Shown here: positions 1-9,440 of the stretch, one piece after another
Position numbering within the stretch: position 1 is the first letter of the stretch
Layout of the letters: each line of letters begins with the position of its first letter
From: a virus
Lineage: Duplodnaviria > Heunggongvirae > Uroviricota > Caudoviricetes
Length of the DNA stretch: 64,000 bases
Strand: one strand, 5' to 3'
IMG/VR virus record: IMGVR_UViG_3300020451_002055
Notes under the pieces: generated by a model
What the model saw: the letters and a program-made list of their open reading frames with translations, nothing else
The model's database searches: none
What the model was told of the DNA's origin: nothing
Program-made: the position numbers and the translations under genes

Positions 1-350
1 CGCGACCCCTCGAATGCTTCTCCGCCAAGACCCGCTTGCGGGTCTCCTCGTCCTCCCAAAGCTGGCGACGACATCCGTTGCGATGAATAGTTCTGCCCTT
101 GCGAAGATACTCTTTGCCTGCTTCAAGAGGTTGAGTTCCACTGCTCTCGATGACCTGAAGGGTGAACGTATGCTGCTGCTTGCCCAAGCCGTAGCTGTCC
201 TTCAAGATCTCGGCATGAACCAAACGAGTTCCGATCGGTTCGCCTTTTCCGGCAAGACTGCCTTCCGGATAGACGTTCTCCTCGAAGACGATCTTGTCGC
301 CAACGCAGACATCTCCGGCAGCATCGATGTATGAATCAGTGTCAGGCATG
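1..350 (-). CDS. hypothetical protein, N-terminal part (gene continues past window start)
   Basis: Minus-strand ATG at 350-348 preceded by GAAGGAAG RBS. The translation MPDTDSYIDAAGDVCVGDKIVFEENVYPEGSLAGKGEPIG... is protein-like. The plus-strand ORF 14..334 is its shadow. Confidence 0.5.
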
Positions 351-414
351 CAGTATTCTACTTCCTTCAACGATTCGGTGCAAGGCTCCGATCTCTCGAT
401 CAGAGAGCAAGGTC

Positions 415-1059
415 TCAGTCGAGAGTGCCCGCGATGACAACCTCATTCCTCTCGACGCAGCGGAACCATGTCCCCTTGAACCGCATGGCCCAATCCATAT
501 GCCAATGACCGAAATACCAGAACTTCGGCTGATGGATGTCTAGCATCTGATTCAGAGCGATCGCAGTCCTGTTCGACTCTGCCTCGCTTGAACCGTCAGG
601 GTTGATGGAACGAGCGGCCCCAATCAGTGCGCGATACAAGTAAAACGGAGCGTCATGGGTAACGACGATCTCGGGCTTGACCTGCTCGTAGAGCGTCAGC
701 ATGTCGCAGAGGTCTTGATAGCTCAACTGCTCGTCCTCCCACCACATGGGATGACAGTTGCGCTTCGCTGCAAGAGCCATACGACGCTTGATGTCGAAGT
801 CGGGCGTCTTGGCTCCGCTGACGTAGAAGATGCCCTTGTCGGTTACGCCATAGTCGCCGAGGTATGACGGATGGGCTCGGGCGACCTCGGGATCATCATG
901 ATTCCCGCGGATTGCCTTTCCGTTGTCAGGGAACTCGGGGATGGCTTGATGCGTCATCCCCCAACCCAGATCCCCGACCTGGATCCACCCATCTAACCCG
1001 TCGCCCAGGTCAAAGAGCAGATCAATATCGCCATGTACATCGCCGATGATTGCTGTCAT
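415..1059 (-). CDS. calcineurin-like metallophosphoesterase (lambda-phosphatase-type Ser/Thr phosphatase)
   Basis: GDVHGD, GDLxDRG-like (GDLGW) and GNHD motifs in order. The probable ATG start is MTAIIGDVHGD at 1059; the track start at 1110 is a TTG. Confidence 0.8.
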   Translation of the reverse strand: MTAIIGDVHGDIDLLFDLGDGLDGWIQVGDLGWGMTHQAIPEFPDNGKAIRGNHDDPEVARAHPSYLGDYGVTDKGIFYVSGAKTPDFDIKRRMALAAKRNCHPMWWEDEQLSYQDLCDMLTLYEQVKPEIVVTHDAPFYLYRALIGAARSINPDGSSEAESNRTAIALNQMLDIHQPKFWYFGHWHMDWAMRFKGTWFRCVERNEVVIAGTLD

Positions 1060-1313
1060 GCTGACCAACCTATCGGCGAGAGCTTCCACTCGATCGCAGG
1101 CGGTCACCAAATGACTTCAGCAGCCTGATGCGTCGAATCATCTCGGGCGAGAAAGTGGCAAAGACGCCGCTGCTCGATCTGCAGAGCAGCCTGTCGCCAA
1201 ACTCTCGGACCGGAGTCCAATCGGTGAGATCGCCTCGAAGAGGGAACGGAAAGCTTGATGTGTCGAACGTACTCATGACCGACAGTTGGCCGCAAGCGCT
1301 GTCGGTGTCAGGA

Positions 1314-1880
1314 CTAATACGTTCCAAGCGGTTCTTCGCAGCCGACCTCAACTTGTCCAGGGCGGTGGTAGTAGCCCGTGCTGTCCTCGACAACCCTCAA
1401 GGCATCCATGCTGTCTGCCTGCCTCAACAGGTCGCAAGCCATGCGATGACTCTCTGAGCAATCGTCAGGTCTGTCGGTGAAGCGAGGATCGAGAGTGACG
1501 ACAGTCGAATGCCAAAAGGCAAGCCCGTCCCATGGCGTTACAAAGTCCTGTCCGCCGGGCGCTGTAACCACAGTGGGATATTGAGCGAACCCGACGAACA
1601 TCAAACGCTTATTGGGAAGCTGACATCCGAAACCAGAGAATCGTTCAGGTAGGAAGCTCAGAAGCCTGCCATTTGCCAGCGCGATGCCCTGTGCCTGTCT
1701 CTTGAGGGCTGCCATCGGATCTTTCGGACCTACCTGACAGTCCTTTCCCTCAAATGTCAGAATCTTGCTCACTCCTCTGAACATCTGTTCTCGGGCGAAG
1801 AGGTGAAGTTGATGAAGAACGCTAGTCTGCCTCCCCAAAGGAACGCAGAGCGAGAAGCGAAGAATGTTGTCGTTGCTCAT
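1314..1880 (-). CDS. hypothetical protein
   Basis: 188-aa ORF, protein-like composition, no motif recognised. Confidence 0.4.
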   Translation of the reverse strand: MSNDNILRFSLCVPLGRQTSVLHQLHLFAREQMFRGVSKILTFEGKDCQVGPKDPMAALKRQAQGIALANGRLLSFLPERFSGFGCQLPNKRLMFVGFAQYPTVVTAPGGQDFVTPWDGLAFWHSTVVTLDPRFTDRPDDCSESHRMACDLLRQADSMDALRVVEDSTGYYHRPGQVEVGCEEPLGTY

Positions 1881-2052
1881 GGCTGGTATCCCAGATTAGA
1901 CTGATTCAACGGGTTTCTGCATTCTACACTCAATGTGTTGCACCCGCTAGCGATCTGTCTGTCCCCGGAACTTTCGCTCCAAATAGGCTCGTGGATGCTT
2001 CAAACGATCCAAACGAGCGTGATTATAGCAGAATCAGCTTCTACTCAAGCGG

Positions 2053-2637
2053 TTAAGCGGACATTTTCTCAATGTCGCGAAGATAATCGGCGACTTTGGC
2101 CCTTCCAAGCTGCTCAGCGAGTTCCAGGGGCGTAGAACCTCCGCAAAGAGCAACAGGTGACGCTCCCTCCTCCTCGATCAAACGACGAACTTCTTCGATG
2201 TCGTCCGATAGCATGATTGCTTGACCGACCTGCGTCATGCCATTCGGTAGAGGCTTGTCGATGTCAGGCGTGACCTCAATCGGATCGAACCCGAACTGAC
2301 ATGCGAAGTCCCGCTCCATGTCCAAGATGCGCTCGAAGTGATCGTTGTCGTAGGGAGTCGCGCTGGGCTTGTAGAGGTTGAAATACTCCATGATCAACGC
2401 ATCCGGGTCATGAGCCATCGAGATCGAGATGTCGAAGTTGATGTTACGCTCATGCGCAACCTTGCGAGCATCAGAGGCATTCGCCGGAAGCTCCCGAAAC
2501 TTCTTCGCAGCGATCGACCGCGCCATCGAGATGAACTTGTTGACGTTGATCCTCGAATCCAGCCCTTTCAGGTGATCAGCGAACTCCTGAGAGGTCGGGT
2601 CGATTAGGCGCTCTTCCGTGCCGCGTTTACTTCCCAT
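2053..2637 (-). CDS. hypothetical protein with one ankyrin-like repeat at the C-terminus
   Basis: C-terminal GASPVALCGGSTPLELAEQLGRAKVADYL resembles the ANK consensus; otherwise unknown. Confidence 0.4.
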   Translation of the reverse strand: MGSKRGTEERLIDPTSQEFADHLKGLDSRINVNKFISMARSIAAKKFRELPANASDARKVAHERNINFDISISMAHDPDALIMEYFNLYKPSATPYDNDHFERILDMERDFACQFGFDPIEVTPDIDKPLPNGMTQVGQAIMLSDDIEEVRRLIEEEGASPVALCGGSTPLELAEQLGRAKVADYLRDIEKMSA

Positions 2638-2833
2638 GATTATTGCCCCAATGATGTGTCACCCCTAGTCCTTGGGGCAATCGTTATGGAGACCACTATA
2701 GCAGATTGCTCGACCGCATGAACTCCCTTTCAGACGGGTGTCATGATTTTTCATCTTTCTCGCGGCGGTAGCGTCACCCGATGTATCAACCGACATCTAT
2801 CCGACAAAGGCAACAGAGTTATCCACATCGGGT

Positions 2834-4426
2834 TCAAACATCCAGAGCGGCAAGCTCAGACTTGATCCGACGCAGAACCGCCTGAGTATCGTACTGCTTG
2901 TCGATCTCGGTCAGCGTATTGCCCCATGTCTCGTTATGAGCATCGACCCGAGCATGAGCAGCTTCGTGCTTGGCGATCGCCAACAGAGCCAACAGGTCGC
3001 CCTTGTTTGTCAAACGATACCTGGTCTTGGTTCCATCGACCGGGTTGAGACAGAAGACATGGCAGCCGCCCGTATCGAGATGGCAGCCCTCCTGCCAGCC
3101 GAAGACCCAACCAACCGACCAGGAAATGTCGCGGTAGTTGAACTCATCAACCAAGACCCGAAGAGCCTCTTCGATGGCGATCTTCCATGCGATCAGCAGA
3201 CGGTAAGCCTCGCGTCCGCGCTTGTAGGGGATGTACTCGTCGCCGCTCGTCTTGACCTCATGAGTCCAGTTCTCCGGGTTGAAACGATCGACAACCTTGT
3301 CCATCGCAGGATCGCCGGTCTCGTTGATGATCATGACATCGAAGAGATCAGGAGCAAACCGGTCGCCCGGCATCGGCTCGGAGCGAACCTCGATGACGCG
3401 AGCCGTAGGAGAGATCGGAGCTAAGGCAGCAGAGCGAGGAGTAACGACATCGCCTCCGCTGATCGTAGCGATCGGAGAGAACTCGCCCTCAGTCTCGATC
3501 GGAGCAGTCGATCCGGCCTTGCCTTGACGATGCTCGTCATCAAGCTGACGCTGCTCATCGGTCCGCTTGCCAAGCATCATCATACGACCGGAGCCGCTGA
3601 TGATACGACGAGTCTCGCGGTTGCGATCGCGGAGAGCGCTCCGGTCATCGACCGTAAGCTCGTCGATCCAACGATTGACCTCAGAGCGGAAATCGCCAAC
3701 GAACTCGTTGCGGTTGGCAGCCAAAACCTCTCGGGCACGATCGGGATCAATCTCAACAACGACCTGCTTCTTGCAGTTGACATGACGCCAGAACATCATG
3801 AGACCGCCGACCCGAAAGATGACGCGGTTGGCAAACGTGCCCGAACGATTGACATGGATGCCAGCGAACGAAAGCTCGCGGACGCGACGACCTCGGTCGA
3901 TGTAGTCGGAGAAGACCTCGCCGTTGATGCGAACCATGACGCCAGAGCGATCCAAAGAGCAGCAGCGGAGATACTCATTGAGATGACGACGCATCTCGTC
4001 GATGGTGGTATCCGACATCCAAACTCGAATGATGCAGCCGTCCTGACGCTCGATGTCGTCGATCATGTACTCGCCGCCCGTGCCGCGGACATGATTGGTC
4101 AGGGTCTCGATTTCGTACTTGTCATGACCGAAGCATGTCATGATGCGGGCTCGACCGAAGCCTCCGATGGAACCTCCGCCAGTCTTGGTCGTCTCGCCAA
4201 GAGCGAAGTAAACTCGGTCGAGGACATCGCGCGTCATGCCGCAGCCATTGTCTGCGACAGAGATGCGAATCTGTCCGCCTCCGCAATCGGTCAGGCTGAC
4301 CTCGATGCGGTTGGCTCCGGCATCGACAGAGTTCTGCAGAAGCTCTCGCCAGAAATCCGGCTTCCAGTTGTAGAGCTTCTTCCGCTCGTCGATGAAGAAC
4401 TGATGGGGAACTGTAATCGTCGGCAT
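2834..4426 (-). CDS. GHKL-superfamily ATPase (MutL/MORC/Hsp90-like Bergerat fold) with C-terminal HExxH
   Basis: N-box ELLQNSVDAGA, G1 box DNGCGM and G2 box GGGSIGGFGRA within the first ~100 aa. The C-terminus has HEAAHARVDAH (HExxH). AAAGGAG RBS lies upstream of the ATG at 4426. Confidence 0.7.
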   Translation of the reverse strand: MPTITVPHQFFIDERKKLYNWKPDFWRELLQNSVDAGANRIEVSLTDCGGGQIRISVADNGCGMTRDVLDRVYFALGETTKTGGGSIGGFGRARIMTCFGHDKYEIETLTNHVRGTGGEYMIDDIERQDGCIIRVWMSDTTIDEMRRHLNEYLRCCSLDRSGVMVRINGEVFSDYIDRGRRVRELSFAGIHVNRSGTFANRVIFRVGGLMMFWRHVNCKKQVVVEIDPDRAREVLAANRNEFVGDFRSEVNRWIDELTVDDRSALRDRNRETRRIISGSGRMMMLGKRTDEQRQLDDEHRQGKAGSTAPIETEGEFSPIATISGGDVVTPRSAALAPISPTARVIEVRSEPMPGDRFAPDLFDVMIINETGDPAMDKVVDRFNPENWTHEVKTSGDEYIPYKRGREAYRLLIAWKIAIEEALRVLVDEFNYRDISWSVGWVFGWQEGCHLDTGGCHVFCLNPVDGTKTRYRLTNKGDLLALLAIAKHEAAHARVDAHNETWGNTLTEIDKQYDTQAVLRRIKSELAALDV

Positions 4427-4481
4427 CCTCGACTCCTTTCGGGATACGCTGCAATCCTAGCATATTCGGTGATGGGCTGCC

Positions 4482-4495
4482 CACCCATCTTTCTC
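4482..4495 (+). promoter_or_regulatory. conserved intergenic 14-mer CACCCATCTTTCTC (copy 1 of 4), candidate promoter element
   Basis: Exact 14-mer located 55 nt upstream of the minus-strand start at 4426 and downstream of two terminators. Confidence 0.35.
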
Positions 4496-4502
4496 TCCGG
4501 GC

Positions 4503-4525
4503 GCAAATAAAAGGGGCAGAGCCCC
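4503..4525 (-). terminator. putative rho-independent terminator
   Basis: Minus strand GGGGC-TCT-GCCCC followed by TTTTATTT. Confidence 0.4.
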
Positions 4526-4610
4526 TTGGAGAAGTCAACGCACCATCCAGCAACAAGCAAGGAGAGGTGGTCTGAATGCTTCTTTTGAGTGCCCGCAGGT
4601 TGGTAGAGAG

Positions 4611-4642
4611 AAAAGGGGCGGGCCTTGCGGTAGACCCGCCCC
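4611..4642 (-). terminator. rho-independent terminator downstream of 4670..5257 gene
   Basis: Minus strand GGGGCGGG-12 nt loop-CCCGCCCC followed by TTTT, 28 nt after the stop. Confidence 0.6.
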
Positions 4643-4669
4643 CTTGGGGATTCTGTCAGCCGTCAGGCG

Positions 4670-5257
4670 TTAGCCGATGGCCTTGAGAGCGGCCTTGGCC
4701 TCCCTCGAACCGGCAGCGGTCAGGGCGTAGACGCCGCGGCTGACGCGCTTGAGGTGGCCGTCGTTGACGAGGTTGCCGAGGGCCTGGTTGACGACCGTCC
4801 GCTGGCCCTTCTCGTCGCCGGTGAAGACGTAGTTGCAGGGCTTCGTCTGGACAGCGGCATGGACCTCGGAGATGTTGAACTCGGTCCCGCGCTCGCTCTG
4901 ATCCATCGAAATCAGGATGCAGTTGGAGAGGGTAGCCGCGCCGCCGCCGCGCTTCTCGCTCGCGCCGTTGCTGGTCCTCGTCGAACGCCGACGCGCCTTG
5001 GGAGCGGGCTCGGGATCCTCGTAGAGGTAGTCGATGGCCGAGAGATCGGGAGCCTCGAACTCCTCGACGCCGAACTCAGCGAGGCCGTCGTCGATCTGGC
5101 CCAACTGACCGGCGAGAGCCGTCATCTGCTCCATGACCGAAGCGCGAGCCTCGTTCAGATCGTTCATCGCCGCCTCGCGACGCTCGTTCGCGCCGGTGAT
5201 GGTCGCCGAAATGTCCAGGGTCGCCGCCGACCCACCGTTCTGGTTCTTGCCCGCCAT
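4670..5257 (-). CDS. hypothetical coiled-coil / basic protein, possible winged-helix DNA-binding C-terminus
   Basis: ATG at 5257 (MAGKNQ) with AAGGAG RBS. Coiled-coil N-terminus, Arg/Lys-rich linker and C-terminal globular domain. The track's longer N-terminal extension is unlikely. Confidence 0.5.
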   Translation of the reverse strand: MAGKNQNGGSAATLDISATITGANERREAAMNDLNEARASVMEQMTALAGQLGQIDDGLAEFGVEEFEAPDLSAIDYLYEDPEPAPKARRRSTRTSNGASEKRGGGAATLSNCILISMDQSERGTEFNISEVHAAVQTKPCNYVFTGDEKGQRTVVNQALGNLVNDGHLKRVSRGVYALTAAGSREAKAALKAIG

Positions 5258-5512
5258 GGTTTGTCTCCTTGTTGACTTGCGGACTCTGATGCTGCGTTGG
5301 ACGACGTTGCCCAACGCTGTTGACGAGATACATTTGATCTCGCCAGTATTCGGTGAACATCTCAATCTAGAACAGCCCTTCTGAGAAGTCAAGAAAATCT
5401 TTCTGAGAATCCTCAACTTAGCCGTTAGGGTTCCGTCCAGTCAGCCTAGATAAGAAAAGCCCCTCCAACCTTAGATCAGAGGGGCTTGAGAGTTTAGAAG
5501 ATGCGTGCCTGC

Positions 5513-6805
5513 TTAGTTGAGCAAAGTCAGGTCGCGCTCGGTCTGACGATGAGGCAGGACGAACTCATTGACCCGAGCCGCCATGCTGGTCTCGAACGCC
5601 GTCCGGTTGAACCCGTGATCGGCAACGCCGGTGATACCGCCGTCATACATGGCGAACGTCAGAGCCTTGTCCTCGGCGTTGCGGCGAGCCGCCATCGAAC
5701 CGAGGCCCTTGGCGGCATCGGTCATCAGGTTAAAGACATCCCATTCGGTTGCCAACTCGTCATCGCCGTAGGCGTTCTTGCCGAGGTCGTGGCAACGCTC
5801 GTAGAACTCCTCGTTGATGTCGCCGCGGTCGCGGATGATGCCGAGGACATCGAACGCCGACTTCTCGCCGTCGCCGATCTGACGATGCTGCAACGCCTGA
5901 AGCGAAGTAGCGATCAGACCCGCAAACGGGAATGCGATCGAAGCCATCGAATCGAGCGATGCCTTGACATCCTCGAACGTCGTGGAACGCCGCATCTGGA
6001 ACGAACCGAACGCGAAGTCCTGATCCGTGCAGCCGTTGGCGCACCACATTCGCCAGACGCCGATGGATGCCCGAGGCATGAACGCCCGGACATCGGACGT
6101 AGAGAGGTTGAGCATCGTGTAGAGCCGCTTGGTCGGCTCTCGCTCAGACTCGATCATGATGGGGTTGCCGAAGAGGATTCGGAACTCCATGCCGCCCTGA
6201 CTGTTGGACTCGAACATCTCAACGCCGCGGATGATATCTCCGAAGCGCTCCATGATCGCCCGCATCGCGTTCGCGACGAAGATGTTGGAATCGGTACGGT
6301 CGATGTCGTCGCGCATAACGCCCTCGACGATCCGGCCCGTCCCGCTGTCGTTCGTGCGGAACATCAGGTTGAAGTCATCCGAACGGCGTGCCCGGAAGAA
6401 CGACGCGAAGTCGGCGAGGAAGTGGCGAGGGCCATGCTCGCCCATCTTCTGATAGCGGCTGTAGCCGCCCTTGGCATCCATCAAGCCCGCAAGCTGATTG
6501 ACAGCCCGGTTGGACATGGGAATCGGGCCATGCTCTCGAACATGGAGCCCGAGCCCGGCATCGATGTCGGGCGCGATGCTGAAGAGGGAATCGGAAGAGG
6601 GATCGATCTGGAGCCCAAGATGCTCGCCGCCCTCGACAAGCAAGTCCTGGCGACCATTGGCGATGCGGTTGAGCCGATTGAGACAATCGGTCGGGTGCAT
6701 CATACGGCGGGTCACGTTGTCCGTGACATCGACAGGGCGATCGTCCGTGACGAAGCGCTCCTGATCCCCTTCCATGATGGTCGGGATTTCTGCATACGTC
6801 GGCAT
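5513..6805 (-). CDS. hypothetical protein (430 aa)
   Basis: ATG at 6805 with AGAAAGGAAACC RBS. Protein-like; no motif recognised, and a capsid assignment cannot be supported. Confidence 0.5.
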   Translation of the reverse strand: MPTYAEIPTIMEGDQERFVTDDRPVDVTDNVTRRMMHPTDCLNRLNRIANGRQDLLVEGGEHLGLQIDPSSDSLFSIAPDIDAGLGLHVREHGPIPMSNRAVNQLAGLMDAKGGYSRYQKMGEHGPRHFLADFASFFRARRSDDFNLMFRTNDSGTGRIVEGVMRDDIDRTDSNIFVANAMRAIMERFGDIIRGVEMFESNSQGGMEFRILFGNPIMIESEREPTKRLYTMLNLSTSDVRAFMPRASIGVWRMWCANGCTDQDFAFGSFQMRRSTTFEDVKASLDSMASIAFPFAGLIATSLQALQHRQIGDGEKSAFDVLGIIRDRGDINEEFYERCHDLGKNAYGDDELATEWDVFNLMTDAAKGLGSMAARRNAEDKALTFAMYDGGITGVADHGFNRTAFETSMAARVNEFVLPHRQTERDLTLLN

Positions 6806-6997
6806 TAGGTTTCCTTTCTGAGAGTGGGTCCGTCTTAGCCGAACTGATTGCCGGACAACGCTGCCCGGCTGACAGCATACAGTATAGCAGACTTGGATTC
6901 GGTGAGCAAGCCACCCGTCAAATAGACAACGCCCGGGCATAGTGCCCGAGCGTTGCGCCCAAAGGATGCTTGTCTGAGGCAGCCTAGGGTCTGGTCT

Positions 6998-8368
6998 TTA
7001 CTCGGCCTCAGCCTCAGCCTCAGGCTGGCGAACAGCCGGGCGACCGCTGGCTCCCTCGATCGCGGCGAGGATGCTCGCAGCCGTCGAGCCGGACGAATGG
7101 CCGCCCGTCCGAGATGAGAGACGGGTCAGGTCGGGCTTGTCAGGGGCGGTCATCACCTTGCCCTCGTCAAGCTCGATCGTCTTGGGGCCATGCTTCCAAC
7201 GGACAGGCTTCAACTTCTCGCCGCCGCGATTCTTGTCGAAGATCAGGTTGACCCGAGCGTCGTTATGCTCATCGGGAGACCCGAGAATGATTGCATCGAC
7301 CGAGTGCCCGAACATCGACGAACCCTTCAACTCGCCCGAGGACTTCGAGATATGCGAGATGATGAACGCCGTGCACCCGGTTTCAACCAGCATCTCGTTG
7401 AAGCGGAGCATGCCATCGCGAACTCGACCATCCGGACCCTGGAACTCATGGATCATGTCCTTCGAGTCGATGACCAAGAAATCAGGTTCATCTCGGCGGA
7501 CAAGGAACTCGACCTCATCGAGCAAACCGACCTGTGCGAAGTCAACGGCGACCTGACCGGGCTTCCAAACGCCTCGCAGGAACATCGAGCGGAAGCGGGC
7601 CATCTGGGGAACCTCAGACTGGATGTAGAGGCCGGTATGTCCGCCGAACTCAACGCCGTCCTCGCGGGTCTGACGCGGGCCGCACATGTCGCGGAGCAAA
7701 CGAACCATCAAGCGGGTCTTGCCCGTTCCCTTCTTCGCGCCGAAAGCATACGAGAAGCCGCGAGCGATGCCATGAGACTCGACCTCGACAGGCTTGCGCT
7801 TGCCCTTGGGAACGATCTCATCGACAGTCGTGCCGAACCATTGATCGAGAACCGGATGGAAGGTCGGGATACGCTCGATCGGCACATCCTCGCCCTCTTC
7901 CCAACTGACAGTCTCGGCTCCGCCGGTTCGGGCAACAGCCGAACTCCGGGCCTCAGCCGCCCGCCAACCGTCCTCGACCTTCTTTCGGGTCTGGCGAACC
8001 TGCTCGCGGAGACGCTGGTTGCGGAGCTTATGGTACGCATCCGCATCGGTCAGCGTATCGCCGTCGAGCAGAGCGGCCCAAGCCTTGCGGCCCTTCTCGC
8101 TCGTGCTGCGCTTGATCTGATCGTTGATGTAAGCGACCCGATCGCCAGTCGTGGGGATATCCCAACCATACTGGTCGGCGATCGCGTTCCGCTCGCCATC
8201 GTCGAGGATCGCGTCGAGATTGTCGCGCTGACGAAGCAGATGCTCCATGATCTCGGCGTTGGCATTCGCGCCGACCATATTGTGCATCGTGATCAGATTC
8301 TCGATGAGTGCCTGATTGCTCAGAGATGCGGTTCGAAGGGCGGGCTTGGGCTTTGACTGACGGGCCAT
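6998..8368 (-). CDS. DnaB-like / RecA-fold replicative helicase ATPase
   Basis: Walker A FGAKKGTGKT, Walker B FLVIDS, SQL-like IISHISKS and H4-like DKNRGG. ~200-aa N-terminal domain. ATG at 8368 with AAAGGAG RBS. Confidence 0.55.
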   Translation of the reverse strand: MARQSKPKPALRTASLSNQALIENLITMHNMVGANANAEIMEHLLRQRDNLDAILDDGERNAIADQYGWDIPTTGDRVAYINDQIKRSTSEKGRKAWAALLDGDTLTDADAYHKLRNQRLREQVRQTRKKVEDGWRAAEARSSAVARTGGAETVSWEEGEDVPIERIPTFHPVLDQWFGTTVDEIVPKGKRKPVEVESHGIARGFSYAFGAKKGTGKTRLMVRLLRDMCGPRQTREDGVEFGGHTGLYIQSEVPQMARFRSMFLRGVWKPGQVAVDFAQVGLLDEVEFLVRRDEPDFLVIDSKDMIHEFQGPDGRVRDGMLRFNEMLVETGCTAFIISHISKSSGELKGSSMFGHSVDAIILGSPDEHNDARVNLIFDKNRGGEKLKPVRWKHGPKTIELDEGKVMTAPDKPDLTRLSSRTGGHSSGSTAASILAAIEGASGRPAVRQPEAEAEAE

Positions 8369-8442
8369 GGGAAACTCCTTTGGGTTTGGGTTGCGTGCCT
8401 CAGACGACCTACAGCCCTTGCCTCTCGGTTTCGGTGAACCCA

Positions 8443-9165
8443 TCAGCCCTCCGCCTCTGCTTTGACCTTCTCTCCTGTACTGGTAGTAGAGGCCTTGCCG
8501 ACAGCCCTCTCAACCGCAACAGCCATGCTCTCCGAGCCGCCAGTACCCTCCGTCACCGAATATCCCGCCCGAATCTTGACTGACGGAACATACGACCTGC
8601 GACGAATTTCGCGGATGGGAAGAACTTCCTCCCCAGTCGGAATCCCCGTCCGCAAACGGAGACGCATCTCCTGCTGAGTCCCAAGGACATCAATGCAGGC
8701 ATTCAACTGAGCGAGCTTCAGCCCATAAGGGTTGGCTCCGCCCAATCGCTGAAGAACACGGATGTTCTGATGAACCTTCTCAATGACGTTCTTCCCAGTC
8801 ACTTGCGACCGGAGAGGACGCCCCGTGAACGACTCCCATGGCGTCTTGCCGTCCTTCCCAACCAAGGAAGGATCAGTCATGACCTCCATGAACTTCGCCC
8901 AAAACGCAGCAAACGAATGCTCCTCGTTCTCGCCCAACAGAGAGAGCGTCTCAACGATGCCCCAGTAACCGCCTCCTCTGCGGTAAGGAGCAACGAAGCG
9001 CCCCGCCTCGTCTGCTTGGCCTCGGAACTTCGCCTGATCATCCATGCTCATGTGGTGGCGACGAACTCTGCCCATCTCTCCGGTCCTTGTAGGTACTGTC
9101 TCAGCACGCTGACTAATAGGCAATGCCGCTTCAGCAGCGTGATCCGAGTAAACTGTCTTGCTCAT
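8443..9165 (-). CDS. hypothetical protein, paralog of 58338..58889
   Basis: Shares KDGK...L(Q/T)R(L/S)GG(A/S)NPYG(L/K)(K/R)L and YW.I blocks with the 58338 ORF. Probable ATG at 9165. Confidence 0.45.
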   Translation of the reverse strand: MSKTVYSDHAAEAALPISQRAETVPTRTGEMGRVRRHHMSMDDQAKFRGQADEAGRFVAPYRRGGGYWGIVETLSLLGENEEHSFAAFWAKFMEVMTDPSLVGKDGKTPWESFTGRPLRSQVTGKNVIEKVHQNIRVLQRLGGANPYGLKLAQLNACIDVLGTQQEMRLRLRTGIPTGEEVLPIREIRRRSYVPSVKIRAGYSVTEGTGGSESMAVAVERAVGKASTTSTGEKVKAEAEG

Positions 9166-9273
9166 TGTTGATGCGTCCCGTAATCGGTGTCCGACCAGGC
9201 TCCAAGTCCTGCTAACGCCAGACGCATTCAACACCCATCTTACTTGATCGCTATTACACCAGCGAGCCTCCTT

Positions 9274-9287
9274 CACCCATCTTTCTC
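9274..9287 (+). promoter_or_regulatory. conserved intergenic 14-mer CACCCATCTTTCTC (copy 2)
   Basis: Exact repeat in the divergent intergenic region between the minus gene ending at 9165 and the plus Fic gene. Confidence 0.3.
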
Positions 9288-9324
9288 TACCCGCGAATTC
9301 CCGCACTCATCTTACCCGAAGCCG

Positions 9325-9338
9325 CACCCATCTTTCTC
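9325..9338 (+). promoter_or_regulatory. conserved intergenic 14-mer CACCCATCTTTCTC (copy 3)
   Basis: Exact repeat 103 nt upstream of the plus-strand start at 9441. Confidence 0.3.
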
Positions 9339-9440
9339 CACTGTCAACCAATAGAGACAAACCGGTCCGAATAGCCCTTGGGCATCGACTTCGCGGAACA
9401 AATGCGGAGAGATTGGGGCGGCTGACTTCCATTATACCAA

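Noticed and set aside
14-543. Plus-strand ORFs 14..334 and 331..543
   Set aside because: They are shadows of better-supported minus-strand genes. The partial gene starting at 350 has a strong RBS, and the phosphatase at 415..1059 carries clear motifs.
1070-1457. Overlapping ORFs 1070..1393(-), 1104..1295(-) and 1128..1457(+) in the 255-bp gap after the phosphatase
   Set aside because: They are mutually exclusive, Arg/Ser-rich, and have no RBS. The gap is more likely non-coding.
5513-6805. Major capsid protein assignment for the 430-aa ORF
   Set aside because: No recognisable HK97-fold signature can be read from sequence alone, and no adjacent portal, terminase or scaffold gene was identified. 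It is left as hypothetical.
3524-8356. Long plus-strand ORFs 3524..4510, 5501..6808 and 7190..8356 (328-435 aa)
   Set aside because: They are antisense to minus-strand genes with clear catalytic motifs or RBSs. They are Ala/Arg/Leu/Asp-rich, which is typical of open frames in high-GC DNA, and have no start-site support.
8443-9306. Longer N-terminal extension (GTG at 9306) for the 8443 gene
   Set aside because: The extension is Trp/Arg-rich and not protein-like, and it would bury the conserved 14-mer at 9274 inside coding sequence. The internal ATG at 9165 is preferred.
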